A stretch of DNA of 64,000 nucleotides from a virus (IMGVR_UViG_3300020463_000001:96001-160000), one strand, 5' to 3'; shown: positions 20,201 to 29,931, numbered from the stretch's first letter. Notes: a model not told the origin generated them from the sequence alone. Program-made: numbers and translations.

Positions 20201-22174
20201 GGAAATAATAAAGTTGCTGTCGGTGCAAACGCACAATCAGACTATGATGGGGCCGTGTATGTCTATGATCTAGACGGAACCAACGAAGTTAAAATAACTC
20301 CTAGTGCCGGAGCAGGCAATAGTTTCGGAAGATCTGTAGTTATTGGACATAATAAATTGGCAGTTGGTGCTGAAGGTAACGGCGGTGCTGGAGCCGTATG
20401 TGTCTACGATTTAGACGGAACCAACGAGGTTATAATAACTGGCAGTGATTCAACTCCCAATGCAAGATTTGGTTCATATGAACAATCTCTTGCTATTGGA
20501 GAAAATAAAATTGTAGTTGGCGCATCACAACAAACAGGGCCAGGTGGAGTAGATAGCGGACAAAATAATTATGGAGCCGTATATGTCTATGATTTAGATG
20601 GAACCAACGAAGTTAAAATAACTGCTAGTGATGCTGGAACTGAACATGATTATTTTGGATGGTCGGTTGCGGTAGGAGAAAGCAAAATCGCAGTTGGTGC
20701 TAGATTCCAAGATAGTGCAGTGAATAATGGAGGAAAGGTCTATCTTTACGACTTAGATGGAAGTAATGAAATTCAAATTGTTGCAAGCGATCCTGATGTC
20801 GATGATAACTTTGGTTTTGATGTTGCAATTGCAAACGGAAAAGTTATTGTAGGATCTAATGATGATAAGACTGGAGCAAATAATGGCGCAGTTTACGTCT
20901 ATGATCTAGACGGATCTAATGAGGTTAAAGTTCTTGCAAGTGATGGAGCAATTAGTGATCTCTTCGGCCAATCAATTGCAGTTCCTACAGTCGCAGGAGT
21001 TACTTCTTCTGGAAGTTCTTCTAGCTCATCCACACCAGTAGATTGGAGTCCGCTCACATTGATACAGACTGCTGGTAAGAGTGTACACACTATTACTGGT
21101 GGAACTACAGGAGAGTCAGATCTTGCAGTAGATATGACAGAAACATACACAGTTCTTGGAGTAGACAAAGCATATAGTGGTTACGGATCAGCATATATTA
21201 TAGATACTGTATCTGGAAATGTTACTGCGACCATAAACAATCCCAATCCGTTAACATCAGGAAGTTTCGCAAGAAGAAACTCTGTCGGCACAGACGGTGT
21301 TCATGTTGTTCTTGGTAATAGGGATCAAGATGAAGTATATGTCTACAATATGTCAGGACAAATTCAAAGAACTATCAGTGGCCCTGACTCCGGCGCAATG
21401 TTCGGTCACTCTGTTAAGATTGATGGAGACTATATCGTAGTCGGTGGATATAATCAAGATAAGGCATATATCTGTTCTACATCAACAGGTGCGGTTCTAT
21501 ATACATTGACAAATCCAAATGTATACGGATCTACTCCGGATCAGTTCGGTCAGGTAGTTGATATTTCCGGAAACTTCATGGTAGTTTCTACTGTAGAAGA
21601 AGATGCTGCAGATGGAAGTAACTCAGGTGTCGCATATGTGTATACTGTAGATGCTGGTAGTTTACTTCATACATTTGTCAATCCAAACGCACATGGAACA
21701 AGTGCCTTGGATAACTTTGGAATTGATTGTGCTCTTGATGGAAACTACCTCGTAGTGGGTGCTTTTGGGGAATCTGACGCTGCTGTAGGGTCTGGTTCTG
21801 GTAAGGCGTACTTCTACAATGTCGCAACAGGAACACTCTTACACACCATTGACAACCCAAATCCGGACAGCGGAACTGAAGTAGATTACATGGGTTGGTC
21901 AGTTGATGTTGAAGGTCAAACCGCAATAGTCAGTGCATGGTATGAGACTGGAGCTGCAGGAGCAGACTCTGGTAAGTGTTACCTCTATGATGTAGTATCA
22001 GGAAATCTATTACATACCATTGAAGATCCAAATGTATATTCTGGTGGGGGAACTGATGATAGATTTGGTTCAGAAGTTGCAATATCAGGAACTTTCATAG
22101 CAATCTCCGCAAAGGGCGAAGATCATGCAAGTCAAAATAATGTTGGCGCAATCTATGTATTCAAAGGAGAATAA
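17261..22174 (+). CDS. Large adhesin/tail-fibre-like protein: A-type N-terminus, beta-propeller, LamG/ConA-like domain, FG-GAP propellers
   Basis: FDGSDDYL...FTVEFWI...WHHIAL...YIDG...FDGELADLRI LamG signature; repeated FG..VA....VVGA blades; Ser/Gly linkers. Confidence 0.8.
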   Translation: MADAQLSTSITSISERASEVAVSASADELQKISRVAPSLEQSENAALEVAINTRAAAIAGTASASDLKKIGKAIGNMLEPQTASVSGEFIGSQTNHSGKFFSTNGTAKNWGGVTMGGLQQVQLSTIENDQTLVYNSVSGKFENSSRAFDIPQYSLTQNLPASANAGEVVFDVQSSQLKYWNGTEWKVAAVVATGGTAGGVTWTRGSSFNIAHPESNLTPSYGGWETGPATQGPPRIDAYGNYLAIADSFNQSDNSGNANARRGRVYIYDMSNSSTVPIRTYKSESINSYDSQEFGKRIKFWKNPSNDKLYVLISLHGATQTYAFNVTDGSLSPEFQFGGYSSGFSSQNKGVITPDGNYYILPGGAPRGVYVYDLINTQTTHKWFVGKNTSNGQELRDYNGIFVDASTGKLIITDPYANSNTGQVEIYDISDLSTQAPNLLASYYFDSPYGSAYYGYTAAYDPSSQYLYLGHDSSGGGQVDNPPVYVYDVSALTSTDGGKHALPTPVISIPNPRVDESGNAYPKNSHVGWTRGGIHILSDRLYIADSSGTSNGAVGNGVIHVFNKSDGSHLETIANPHPELRARFARQGFVIGEDPDSDTAYLMGTANVNSGAGEGQYWNNETDYMAMGYVFTKDSASSGSGESSSSPTSSIQFDGSDDYLTVDFQSTVISSNEEFTVEFWISPNDLANNYGNGLLNFTNNLGTYEKLLYISSTGNVSLYNNGDITSNSGGGLTVDGWHHIALTRQSDNYIRIYIDGQLINTSSSQWDVELPRYLEIGRVSSTTGYFDGELADLRIVKGTSVYNANFTPTTSPLGDVAGTSLLISSSNTTDIVDASSSNETITASGSPTVVTDTPYTASGGGSEQSSESSGESTPTITYKMVVGADRDDDNGGLQTGSVYVYDLDGSNEVKITASDAQQGDQFGRDVATGNDKIVVGAYKEDTRGDAAGKAYIYDLDGTNEVILCPTDLSAGDNFGVAVAAGNNKVAVGANAQSDYDGAVYVYDLDGTNEVKITPSAGAGNSFGRSVVIGHNKLAVGAEGNGGAGAVCVYDLDGTNEVIITGSDSTPNARFGSYEQSLAIGENKIVVGASQQTGPGGVDSGQNNYGAVYVYDLDGTNEVKITASDAGTEHDYFGWSVAVGESKIAVGARFQDSAVNNGGKVYLYDLDGSNEIQIVASDPDVDDNFGFDVAIANGKVIVGSNDDKTGANNGAVYVYDLDGSNEVKVLASDGAISDLFGQSIAVPTVAGVTSSGSSSSSSTPVDWSPLTLIQTAGKSVHTITGGTTGESDLAVDMTETYTVLGVDKAYSGYGSAYIIDTVSGNVTATINNPNPLTSGSFARRNSVGTDGVHVVLGNRDQDEVYVYNMSGQIQRTISGPDSGAMFGHSVKIDGDYIVVGGYNQDKAYICSTSTGAVLYTLTNPNVYGSTPDQFGQVVDISGNFMVVSTVEEDAADGSNSGVAYVYTVDAGSLLHTFVNPNAHGTSALDNFGIDCALDGNYLVVGAFGESDAAVGSGSGKAYFYNVATGTLLHTIDNPNPDSGTEVDYMGWSVDVEGQTAIVSAWYETGAAGADSGKCYLYDVVSGNLLHTIEDPNVYSGGGTDDRFGSEVAISGTFIAISAKGEDHASQNNVGAIYVFKGE
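19890..20990 (+). repeat. Seven FG-GAP-like blade repeats (VYVYDLDG[ST]NEVKITASD)
   Basis: Recurrent gtctatgatctagacggaaccaacgaagtt-like DNA motif about every 140-180 bp. Confidence 0.85.
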
Positions 22175-22178
22175 TTAA

Positions 22179-24176
22179 ATGGCTAATACGTTTACCGCAA
22201 GAGATACACTCAAGACAAAACTACTCGCAGCATTAAGTAGTGCTACTAATGCAGATCAAATTGTCAAGTTATCTAGAACAATAGAAAAAGCAAACCTAGA
22301 CGATGATGCAGATCTAGAAACCGCATTGGACACAAAAGTATCTGCAATGGCAACTACTGCCTCTACAGGAGATATTGAGAAACTTGCGTTTGGTGTCAAG
22401 AAATTAAGAACTTCTGAGACTGCAACAGATCCAGTTTCTAGTATGATCCCAGAAGGTTCTAGTAATCTTTATGTAACTGATTCTAGAGTTAGAAGTTCTT
22501 TTAGTGCAACTGGAGATTTATCTTATGATTCCGGAACTGGTGTCTTATCTTACACTGCATTACCAGATGCGTTAACAGTTTATGCGACAGTTGCAGATTT
22601 ACCCTTACCCGAAAATACTCCTTCTGGTGCAAAGGGAATAGTTGAAGAGAACAAGAAACTTTATATTAACACAGGATCTGCATGGCTTAATGTAGGTCTT
22701 GTAGATCAGAAACCAAACTTCACAACAACACCAGACGGTTCATATACATTGAGCCCAGGCGCAGATACAGTTATTACCTTGTCTGCTACTGATCCTCAAG
22801 GAGATCCTATCACATTTTCTCATGTGGTATCTGTAGGGTCTTTGGGAGGAACTACAGTGTCACAATCCGGTAATGTCTTCACAATCACAGGAAGTTCTGA
22901 TACTAACGATACTGCCCCCTTCTCAATAACATTTAGAGCAAGTGACGGAACAAATATTACAGATACAACTTCAGAATTCACAGTGCAATTTACAGTAGTG
23001 CCTAACTGGGGTGCGTTAGATGGAAATTACGAAACTCTTGTATCAGGACAGGCGAACGGCGCAGAGCTCGGAGCCGCGTTAAGACTTGCAGGAGATTATC
23101 TAATTGCGGTACAGCAAAGTGGTACACTTTATTGGGGATTTGATATGAGTTCTCAAACTGGACAAGTAAGTTCTTCAAGTGCTCTTTGGCAATCGAACTT
23201 GACTGGGTATATGCAGCATTATTCTGATTCACTTGCGGGAAATGAACACTTCTTTGTTACATCATTGGCAAATACCGCCCATGGCCACAGTGCAAGCGGT
23301 ATGGCTGTTGTAAGACCATCAGATGGTCATGTATATGGATACTTATTTGATGCTGCAGTAGGTACTAGTTTGGGGTATGGTGTTGCACTTTACGGCGATG
23401 GCCCTTGGTATGTCTTTAGTGCTCATCAACATAATAACCATCATTTTTTATTTAAAATTAATTCATTAGAACCATTCAATTTCGAACTGGTATCGCATGG
23501 CAAAAATGTTGGAGAAGCATTTCTGGATAGTTCGGTAGTTAACGAAGGGGGGCTTCATGGATCTGAGGTTTCTCTTGGAGATAACTTAGTAGTAATGTCA
23601 GCATTTAACGCACCTTGGAATGGTGTTAATGGGGCGAGAAATAATGGTTCAGTTCACCTTTACGATTATGCAGGGTCATTGCAATCATCTTTGTATTCTC
23701 CTTTAGGAGAACCGGATGCAAACCGAGAAAATGGATTCGGTGGGGGAAATAATAGATCCGGAGGAACTCATGTTGATGGCAATACTCTGTATGTGGGAGA
23801 ACAAGGAAATACATACGGATCCAATAATACGGATGGAGCAATCCATATATACGATATAAGTGATGTAACCTCGCCAACTCTTACCCAGACCATCAGACCA
23901 TCAGATCTTGGTCTGAGTAATGCGGTTCATTTTGGAAGGTCAATCCAAGTTTCCCAGACATCAATGTTGATATCTTATAAAAATTCTAGCAACAATGGGG
24001 AAGCATATGCAATTGTTGATACTTCTGATATGTCACTGAAAAAGAATTTCTCATCCGTTATGGGATTCGCAGGGTGGCCAAGAAACTCAATTTCAGTCAA
24101 CTCTTCTGGTATCGGAACTTTTGCTTATTGGGTCTACGATAGTAAGGGAAAGATCGCTGTCCACAGAACAACTTAA
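22179..24176 (+). CDS. Fibre-family paralog (B-type): anchor, Ig/cadherin-like domain, beta-propeller-like head
   Basis: First ~270 aa nearly identical to ORF 45552; A.DPQGD..T Ig-like motif. Confidence 0.75.
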   Translation: MANTFTARDTLKTKLLAALSSATNADQIVKLSRTIEKANLDDDADLETALDTKVSAMATTASTGDIEKLAFGVKKLRTSETATDPVSSMIPEGSSNLYVTDSRVRSSFSATGDLSYDSGTGVLSYTALPDALTVYATVADLPLPENTPSGAKGIVEENKKLYINTGSAWLNVGLVDQKPNFTTTPDGSYTLSPGADTVITLSATDPQGDPITFSHVVSVGSLGGTTVSQSGNVFTITGSSDTNDTAPFSITFRASDGTNITDTTSEFTVQFTVVPNWGALDGNYETLVSGQANGAELGAALRLAGDYLIAVQQSGTLYWGFDMSSQTGQVSSSSALWQSNLTGYMQHYSDSLAGNEHFFVTSLANTAHGHSASGMAVVRPSDGHVYGYLFDAAVGTSLGYGVALYGDGPWYVFSAHQHNNHHFLFKINSLEPFNFELVSHGKNVGEAFLDSSVVNEGGLHGSEVSLGDNLVVMSAFNAPWNGVNGARNNGSVHLYDYAGSLQSSLYSPLGEPDANRENGFGGGNNRSGGTHVDGNTLYVGEQGNTYGSNNTDGAIHIYDISDVTSPTLTQTIRPSDLGLSNAVHFGRSIQVSQTSMLISYKNSSNNGEAYAIVDTSDMSLKKNFSSVMGFAGWPRNSISVNSSGIGTFAYWVYDSKGKIAVHRTT

Positions 24177-24194
24177 TTTAAATAGGAAACAATA

Positions 24195-26486
24195 ATGCCT
24201 AATACTAATTTAGAAAACTCAAAGACCAACATGAAGACTCGTATTAGAAATCGAGTCCAAGCTGGTCAAACACCAAGAGATCTAGGTAGACTTGCGAAGT
24301 CTGCTAGATTTGTGGGACTCACAGATGACGCAGAAGTAGAATCTGATATTGATACTCAGATGGCTGCTGCGATTCCTGCAGCATCCATAGATGATCTCGT
24401 AGAAATGTCTGAAGGTCTTGCAGAGTTAAGAACTGGTTCTGCAGATATGGGTAGAGTCAGTAATACAGATAATTTAACAGAGGGCGGAAATAAGTTTCTT
24501 AAAGCATCAAACGTACAACCAGCAATAAGTGTCTCTGGAGACTTGTCTTATGACAGTGGTGTGGTTTCATACACTGCTCCGACTTCTGCTGCACTTCAAG
24601 TTGTCGCGACAGTTGGAGATCTTCCTACTGGTGCAAGTCCCGGCGATCAAGCAGTTGTTCAATCCAATAATAAATTGTATATTAGAACTGCAGATGGTTG
24701 GTATGCAACTGCGTTGATTAATACTGCACCAACAGTATCAGGAAACGATGCGACATATACGCTTGCAACAGACGGAAGCCCTACAGTTATTACATTAACC
24801 GCTGTTGATCCAGAGAATGATCCAGTATCATTCTCACATTCAGTGACTTCTGGAGATCTCAATGGAACTACAGTAGATCAGACAGATAATGTCTTTACTA
24901 TCACTCCACACGCATCACAGGCAGCAACATTCGAATTAACATTCTCTGCAGATGACTCAGTAAATGTCACAACTGCAGTTTCAAGTTTTAGTTTAGTGTT
25001 CGGATTAGATTGGAGCAGTCCTACCCAAATAGGATCTAATAGAGACTATGAATTGAATTATGTGTATGAACAAAATGGATTTTATACATACAACGCTTAT
25101 ATTGATCAGTGGCCTGGAGGAGGATCCCAGAGCGCCTTTGGATCTTATTCCAAGAATGGAAAGAGTTGGATGGTTTTTGGAGACTCTCAGGTTAGAGATG
25201 CTAGTACTGACACCAGAGGTTTTATTGCTGGACTAGCACTTCATGATCCATACGGATTTGAAGGAAACAACGGAGGAAACTTTGCAGCGGCAAGGTGGTC
25301 TTTCAAAAATCCAAATATATACACCACTCCACATAATTATGATAATTTCGGGCATAAAGTTGCTGTTTCTCCAAGTGGAACTTATGTTGCGGTTTCCGCT
25401 CAAGAAGAAAACGCACCTCAACTATATGGAAGAAGTTCGGGCGGCCGAGCATATCTTTATAATATAGATACAAATACATATACAACCATAGATGATCCAA
25501 ATATAAGTCATGTCGGAATGTTTGGCCAGGGAATTGCCGTAAGCGACACTCATACTGCTGTCGGGAAAACCGACTACAGCGAACAGGGTGGCGGCATGGC
25601 CGGAAGAGTACACATATTTGACAACGCCACTGGTAATTTTTTAGCATATGTCACTCATGATAGTACTACTTATCAAAGATCAGATTATCCTCAACAATCT
25701 TGGCAATTGCCAGAAGATGGTGATTTATTCGGCGCAAACGTAGTAATGAATAATGAATATTTGTGCGTTGCTGCTGAAAACGAACAACCCGTAAGTGGAC
25801 ATAACGGTGTTGGTGCAGTTTATGTGTATGATATGGCAGATCCTTCCAATCCAAGTTTTTTATATAAGTTACAACCTACCGGATATAGTGGCGCAAATGC
25901 TCCGACATCGATGGTTGGAGTTAATGCACCATATCAAATGAATCATAAGGTTTATTTCGGAGGAAGTAGATCCAACTCTAGCATGGTAATATCTGGAAAT
26001 AAACTTGCTGTGGGTGCTCCTGGCCATTTCACTAATACCCCTCGGCCGGTTGCTGGAAACTATAGTGGTAGTTCTGTATTCGGATGGGATGGAACTGGAT
26101 ATAATCAGGGCCCCGAAGAATCAAGGGGAGGAAAGATATTTATATATGATTTAACTTCTGGAAATCTCATTACAGAAATTGAACATCCCCAGAACTATGG
26201 ATATTCAAATATTTCCGGAAGTCTTGGCGGTGCATACAGTTTAGGTCATGCATTTGCATTCGACGGGGATGTCGTGGTCGCTGGAAGAGGTCGTACTAGA
26301 GATGTAGATGTCTATAGTGCATCTGATGGAAGTATTATAACAACTTTGGTTGATGCAGCTCCATTTACAGGAAGTCTTGATAGGCCTCCTGTAGTATTTC
26401 TACAAGATAACTATATTGTTGCATTAGGTAAAACTGGAGGCAGCAACTCTGGCGGAATGCCAATAGGTAACGTCTGGAAAGCATAA
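24195..26486 (+). CDS. Fibre-family paralog (C-type): anchor, Ig/cadherin-like domain, FG-GAP propeller head
   Basis: Full-length homology to ORF 40357; NTAPT...DPEND Ig motif; FG.KV, GAVYVYD, KLAVGAPG blades. Confidence 0.75.
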   Translation: MPNTNLENSKTNMKTRIRNRVQAGQTPRDLGRLAKSARFVGLTDDAEVESDIDTQMAAAIPAASIDDLVEMSEGLAELRTGSADMGRVSNTDNLTEGGNKFLKASNVQPAISVSGDLSYDSGVVSYTAPTSAALQVVATVGDLPTGASPGDQAVVQSNNKLYIRTADGWYATALINTAPTVSGNDATYTLATDGSPTVITLTAVDPENDPVSFSHSVTSGDLNGTTVDQTDNVFTITPHASQAATFELTFSADDSVNVTTAVSSFSLVFGLDWSSPTQIGSNRDYELNYVYEQNGFYTYNAYIDQWPGGGSQSAFGSYSKNGKSWMVFGDSQVRDASTDTRGFIAGLALHDPYGFEGNNGGNFAAARWSFKNPNIYTTPHNYDNFGHKVAVSPSGTYVAVSAQEENAPQLYGRSSGGRAYLYNIDTNTYTTIDDPNISHVGMFGQGIAVSDTHTAVGKTDYSEQGGGMAGRVHIFDNATGNFLAYVTHDSTTYQRSDYPQQSWQLPEDGDLFGANVVMNNEYLCVAAENEQPVSGHNGVGAVYVYDMADPSNPSFLYKLQPTGYSGANAPTSMVGVNAPYQMNHKVYFGGSRSNSSMVISGNKLAVGAPGHFTNTPRPVAGNYSGSSVFGWDGTGYNQGPEESRGGKIFIYDLTSGNLITEIEHPQNYGYSNISGSLGGAYSLGHAFAFDGDVVVAGRGRTRDVDVYSASDGSIITTLVDAAPFTGSLDRPPVVFLQDNYIVALGKTGGSNSGGMPIGNVWKA

Positions 26487-26498
26487 TTTAAAATACAA

Positions 26499-26506
26499 TA
26501 TAAATA
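26499..26506 (+). promoter_or_regulatory. T4-type late promoter
   Basis: TATAAATA 6 bp before the ATG at 26513. Confidence 0.8.
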
Positions 26507-26512
26507 TTCTTT

Positions 26513-27532
26513 ATGAAAGAATTGACGCTGAGTGAAGACTCAATAAACTACTTGGATGATTATTACAATCTTGATGGCGAGAAGTTAACATCGAAATATG
26601 AATGTAACTTTCCCATCAAGGTTGATAATAATTTCGCATTCTCCCTCAATTATGATAACAAAGGGGGGTTCTGTATTGGAAACAAAAAAGAATCTCTTTT
26701 CTTCTATTCTCCAAATGACAAGATAGAGTACAAATACAGAACTCGCAATACTAACACATTTGGAACTTTTTTTCAAGAGAAACAAAAGACAAATACTTTC
26801 CCGATAGTATTCAACAATACCATATCACTTCTCAACTATAGTCACGCAAGAAAGAAAGCTTGGATTAATTCCTCTAGTCTTAAAATAGATTCTCTGGTGG
26901 AATCAAAAACTGCGATCTTTGGAAAGAGTTATTATAACTTTTTTATCACTCAAAGTGAAATCATAATTGTTTCTAATAATTTCCAATCCGCAAGAAAGAT
27001 TAAATTAAGAAACAAAATAATCAAGAATGTAGAGATAGGAACTAAAGAAGAGAATAAGATCTCTCTGGTTATCAATACTAATCTGGGCGTATGTATCTTT
27101 GATGTGTCTATCCCCAGATTTGCATTCAAGGATAAGAAGTTCTTCTTTGGAGATTACGAAGTATCTATCAACTCAAATAACGAGATATTCTTATACGACA
27201 ATCAAAGCTCTAAGTATACCAAATTAGATCACTACACATATTCTTCTAATTATAAGAACCAACGATTCTATCCGGTATGCCTTGGTAATAATGTATCGTA
27301 TTTTTCCGAAAGACAGAATATACTATTTGAAGAAGATCCGGATCTTGAGTTTAATGTTGAAGGTATGTTTTTCCAGAGAATGAAAGAATTTCCTATGGAG
27401 GAATTTCCTGTCAATGCTCGTATAGAGAAGATAGATCTCAACGAAGAAACCTTCGAAAAACATCAAATAAACCTAGACTCTGAGGTTATTAAGTTTCCTT
27501 TTTATAAACCAAGGAAAAGAAGGAAATCCTAA
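26513..27532 (+). CDS. Hypothetical protein (339 aa, K/N/F-rich, basic C-terminus)
   Basis: Long ORF filling the gap exactly, with its own late promoter; no recognisable family. Confidence 0.6.
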   Translation: MKELTLSEDSINYLDDYYNLDGEKLTSKYECNFPIKVDNNFAFSLNYDNKGGFCIGNKKESLFFYSPNDKIEYKYRTRNTNTFGTFFQEKQKTNTFPIVFNNTISLLNYSHARKKAWINSSSLKIDSLVESKTAIFGKSYYNFFITQSEIIIVSNNFQSARKIKLRNKIIKNVEIGTKEENKISLVINTNLGVCIFDVSIPRFAFKDKKFFFGDYEVSINSNNEIFLYDNQSSKYTKLDHYTYSSNYKNQRFYPVCLGNNVSYFSERQNILFEEDPDLEFNVEGMFFQRMKEFPMEEFPVNARIEKIDLNEETFEKHQINLDSEVIKFPFYKPRKRRKS

Positions 27533-27535
27533 AAA

Positions 27536-27543
27536 TATAAATA
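27536..27543 (+). promoter_or_regulatory. T4-type late promoter of gp13
   Basis: TATAAATA 24 bp before the gp13 ATG. Confidence 0.85.
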
Positions 27544-27567
27544 CTCTTATAGAATAGGAGTATTAGT

Positions 27568-28317
27568 ATGTCTGCAATAACCAGCAGAAGCGAATTCAAA
27601 GAATACTGTCTCAGAAAATTAGGCAAACCTGTCATCCAGATAAACATAGCCGACGAACAAGTCGATGATCGTGTTGATGATGCATTTGAACATTATCGCG
27701 ACTATCACTATGATGCGGTAGAAAAGGTTTATCTGAAACATCAAGTTACTCAAGATAATATCACAAACGGATACATCGAACTTAACGATGCGATTGTTGG
27801 TGTCAAAAGAGTTCTTCCTTTATTTGATAAGACAGACGGATATTCTAAAAGTTTCTTTGATGTTCGTTATCAAATGCACCTCAACGAAATTTATGATCTT
27901 AAAAGTATGGAGTTGTTGACTTATGAACTCACACAGTCACATCTTCAGTTAGTTAATGATATGATCACAGGAAGAGTGCCGATTAGATTTAATCGTCACC
28001 AAAATCGTTTATTCTTAGATATAGACTGGGAGGAGAGTCTGGATGTTGATGAATATCTAATTGTAGAAGTGTATCGTGTTTTGGATCCGGATACTTATAC
28101 GGATGTTTGGAATGACAGATGGTTGAAGAGATACGCAACTGCACTTATAAAGAAGCAATGGGGAGAGAATCTATCGAAGTACGAAGGAATTCAAATGCCT
28201 GGCGGCATGACATTTAGTGGGACAAGAATCTTGGACGAAGCAAACCAAGAGATAACTCAACTTGAGGAAGAGATGTCTACTAACTACGAATTACCTGTAG
28301 ATTTCTTGGTAGGTTAA
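27568..28317 (+). CDS. gp13: Neck protein
   Basis: EYCLRKLG.PVIQINI..EQVDDR..DA; WLKRYATALIKKQWGENLSKY.G.Q.PGG. Confidence 0.95.
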   Translation: MSAITSRSEFKEYCLRKLGKPVIQINIADEQVDDRVDDAFEHYRDYHYDAVEKVYLKHQVTQDNITNGYIELNDAIVGVKRVLPLFDKTDGYSKSFFDVRYQMHLNEIYDLKSMELLTYELTQSHLQLVNDMITGRVPIRFNRHQNRLFLDIDWEESLDVDEYLIVEVYRVLDPDTYTDVWNDRWLKRYATALIKKQWGENLSKYEGIQMPGGMTFSGTRILDEANQEITQLEEEMSTNYELPVDFLVG

Positions 28318-28318
28318 C

Positions 28319-29179
28319 ATGGCTGTCAATCAATACTTTAATCAGACAAGTCTAGCATCTGAACAAAATCTTTTGGAGGATTTGGTCGTTGAGTCTATTC
28401 AGATTCATGGTCAGAACTTCTATTATATAGAAAGAACTGAAGTTAACTCTGATACTGTATTCAACGAAGCAACTCTAAGTGAATTCAATACCGCATATCT
28501 GGTAGAGATGCATATAGAAGATACAGATGGATTTGCTGGTGAAGGAGACTTTCTTTCTAAGTTTGGTCTAGAAGTACGAGACCAATTAAATGTTATTGTA
28601 TCAAAGAAAAGATTCACAGAAGCAACCAGTAAAACAATTCCTTTATCTGGAGACTTAATATATTTCCCTTTAGTTGATAGGTGTTTCGAAATTCAATTTG
28701 TCGAAGATGAAGTGCCATTCTATCAACTTGGCAAAATGTATGTATTCAGATTGTCAACAGAGCTCTTCGAATACTCACACGAATCATTTGATACTGGTGT
28801 TGCAGAGATAGACGATATCGGAACTGAGAATACAACATTCAGTGTAGACCTAACTTTTGGAACTGGAACTGGAGAATTTTCTGTAGGTGAGACTATCTAT
28901 CAGGGAGCAGATCTTGCAAACGCAACTGCAACAGGAGAAGTAATCTCTTGGAACTCTGGAACTAATGTTCTGAGAGTTGGTTCACTTACCGGAACATTCG
29001 CACAGAATACAAATACAATCGGTGCAACCTCGTCAGCAGATTATCTCTTAGGTGCGACACAACAAATAACTTATATAGAAACAACAGAAAATGTAGTAGA
29101 TAATAGTTCAGATTTCTCTGGAACTGCTGACACAGTTATCGATTTTTCAGTCACCAATCCATTCAGTGAGAGTTACTAA
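28319..29179 (+). CDS. gp14: Neck protein
   Basis: EQNLLEDLVVESIQIHG; FLSKFGLEVRDQ; GDLIYFP; FYQLGK; carries an extra C-terminal beta module. Confidence 0.95.
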   Translation: MAVNQYFNQTSLASEQNLLEDLVVESIQIHGQNFYYIERTEVNSDTVFNEATLSEFNTAYLVEMHIEDTDGFAGEGDFLSKFGLEVRDQLNVIVSKKRFTEATSKTIPLSGDLIYFPLVDRCFEIQFVEDEVPFYQLGKMYVFRLSTELFEYSHESFDTGVAEIDDIGTENTTFSVDLTFGTGTGEFSVGETIYQGADLANATATGEVISWNSGTNVLRVGSLTGTFAQNTNTIGATSSADYLLGATQQITYIETTENVVDNSSDFSGTADTVIDFSVTNPFSESY

Positions 29180-29931
29180 TGTTAGGCATAACCCCACAAT
29201 ATAGAGGAACTCTTCGAAACTATATTATAGGATTCGGTTCTCTCTTTGATGACATAGATATCCAGAGAAAAGATTCTTCTGGGAATGTTACGAGTATTAT
29301 AAGAGTACCACTTTCGTATGGGCCTGCCCAAAAGTATATCTCTAGAATTAACTCAGAGAGTAGTGATGTCGCAGTAGTTCTTCCCAGAATGAGTTTTGAG
29401 ATATCTGGCATCAGTTATGACTCAGGAAGAAAACTTAATAAGATGTCTGGATATACTGGTGCTCATACTCCAGAGGGAAGTAAAACATTTGTTTACAATC
29501 CTGTTCCTTGGGATATATCTTTGACGCTTTCTTTATTAGTAAAGAATGCAGAGGATGGTACACAGATATTAGAACAGATACTCCCTTTCTTTACTCCTTC
29601 CTTTATAGTACCTATAAAAGAAGTAGAAGAATTAGATATAGTAAGAGATACTCCAGTCATATTGGATTCAGTAGATGTTCAAGATACATATGAAGGAGAC
29701 TACTTAACAAGAAGAGTTTTAGAGTGGACTCTAGGTTTTACACTCAAAGGATATCTATATGGTTCTCAGGATAATAAGAAGACAATCAAAAAATCAACTG
29801 CGAAGATTGTCAATATAGATACAAACAGAGATTTTTCTCAACAAGAATATGAAATAGATCCTACTACTGCCACAGAACTTGATGATTATGGATTTGGCAC
29901 AAGTATAACAGAGTTTAATAATGAAGACTAA
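29179..29931 (+). CDS. gp15: Tail terminator / sheath stabiliser
   Basis: FGSLFDDI; VPLSYGPAQKY; LPRMSFEI; QILEQILPFF.P; WTLGFTLKGYLYG. Confidence 0.95.
   Translation: MLGITPQYRGTLRNYIIGFGSLFDDIDIQRKDSSGNVTSIIRVPLSYGPAQKYISRINSESSDVAVVLPRMSFEISGISYDSGRKLNKMSGYTGAHTPEGSKTFVYNPVPWDISLTLSLLVKNAEDGTQILEQILPFFTPSFIVPIKEVEELDIVRDTPVILDSVDVQDTYEGDYLTRRVLEWTLGFTLKGYLYGSQDNKKTIKKSTAKIVNIDTNRDFSQQEYEIDPTTATELDDYGFGTSITEFNNED

Noticed and set aside
19890-20990. Regularly spaced DNA repeats that might be a CRISPR-like array
   Set aside because: Degenerate at third codon positions and in frame; they encode propeller blades
27505-27532. KPRKRRKS as a nuclear localisation signal implying a eukaryotic host
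   Set aside because: All context (T4 core, SD sequences, sigma70 promoters) is bacteriophage; basic tails are common
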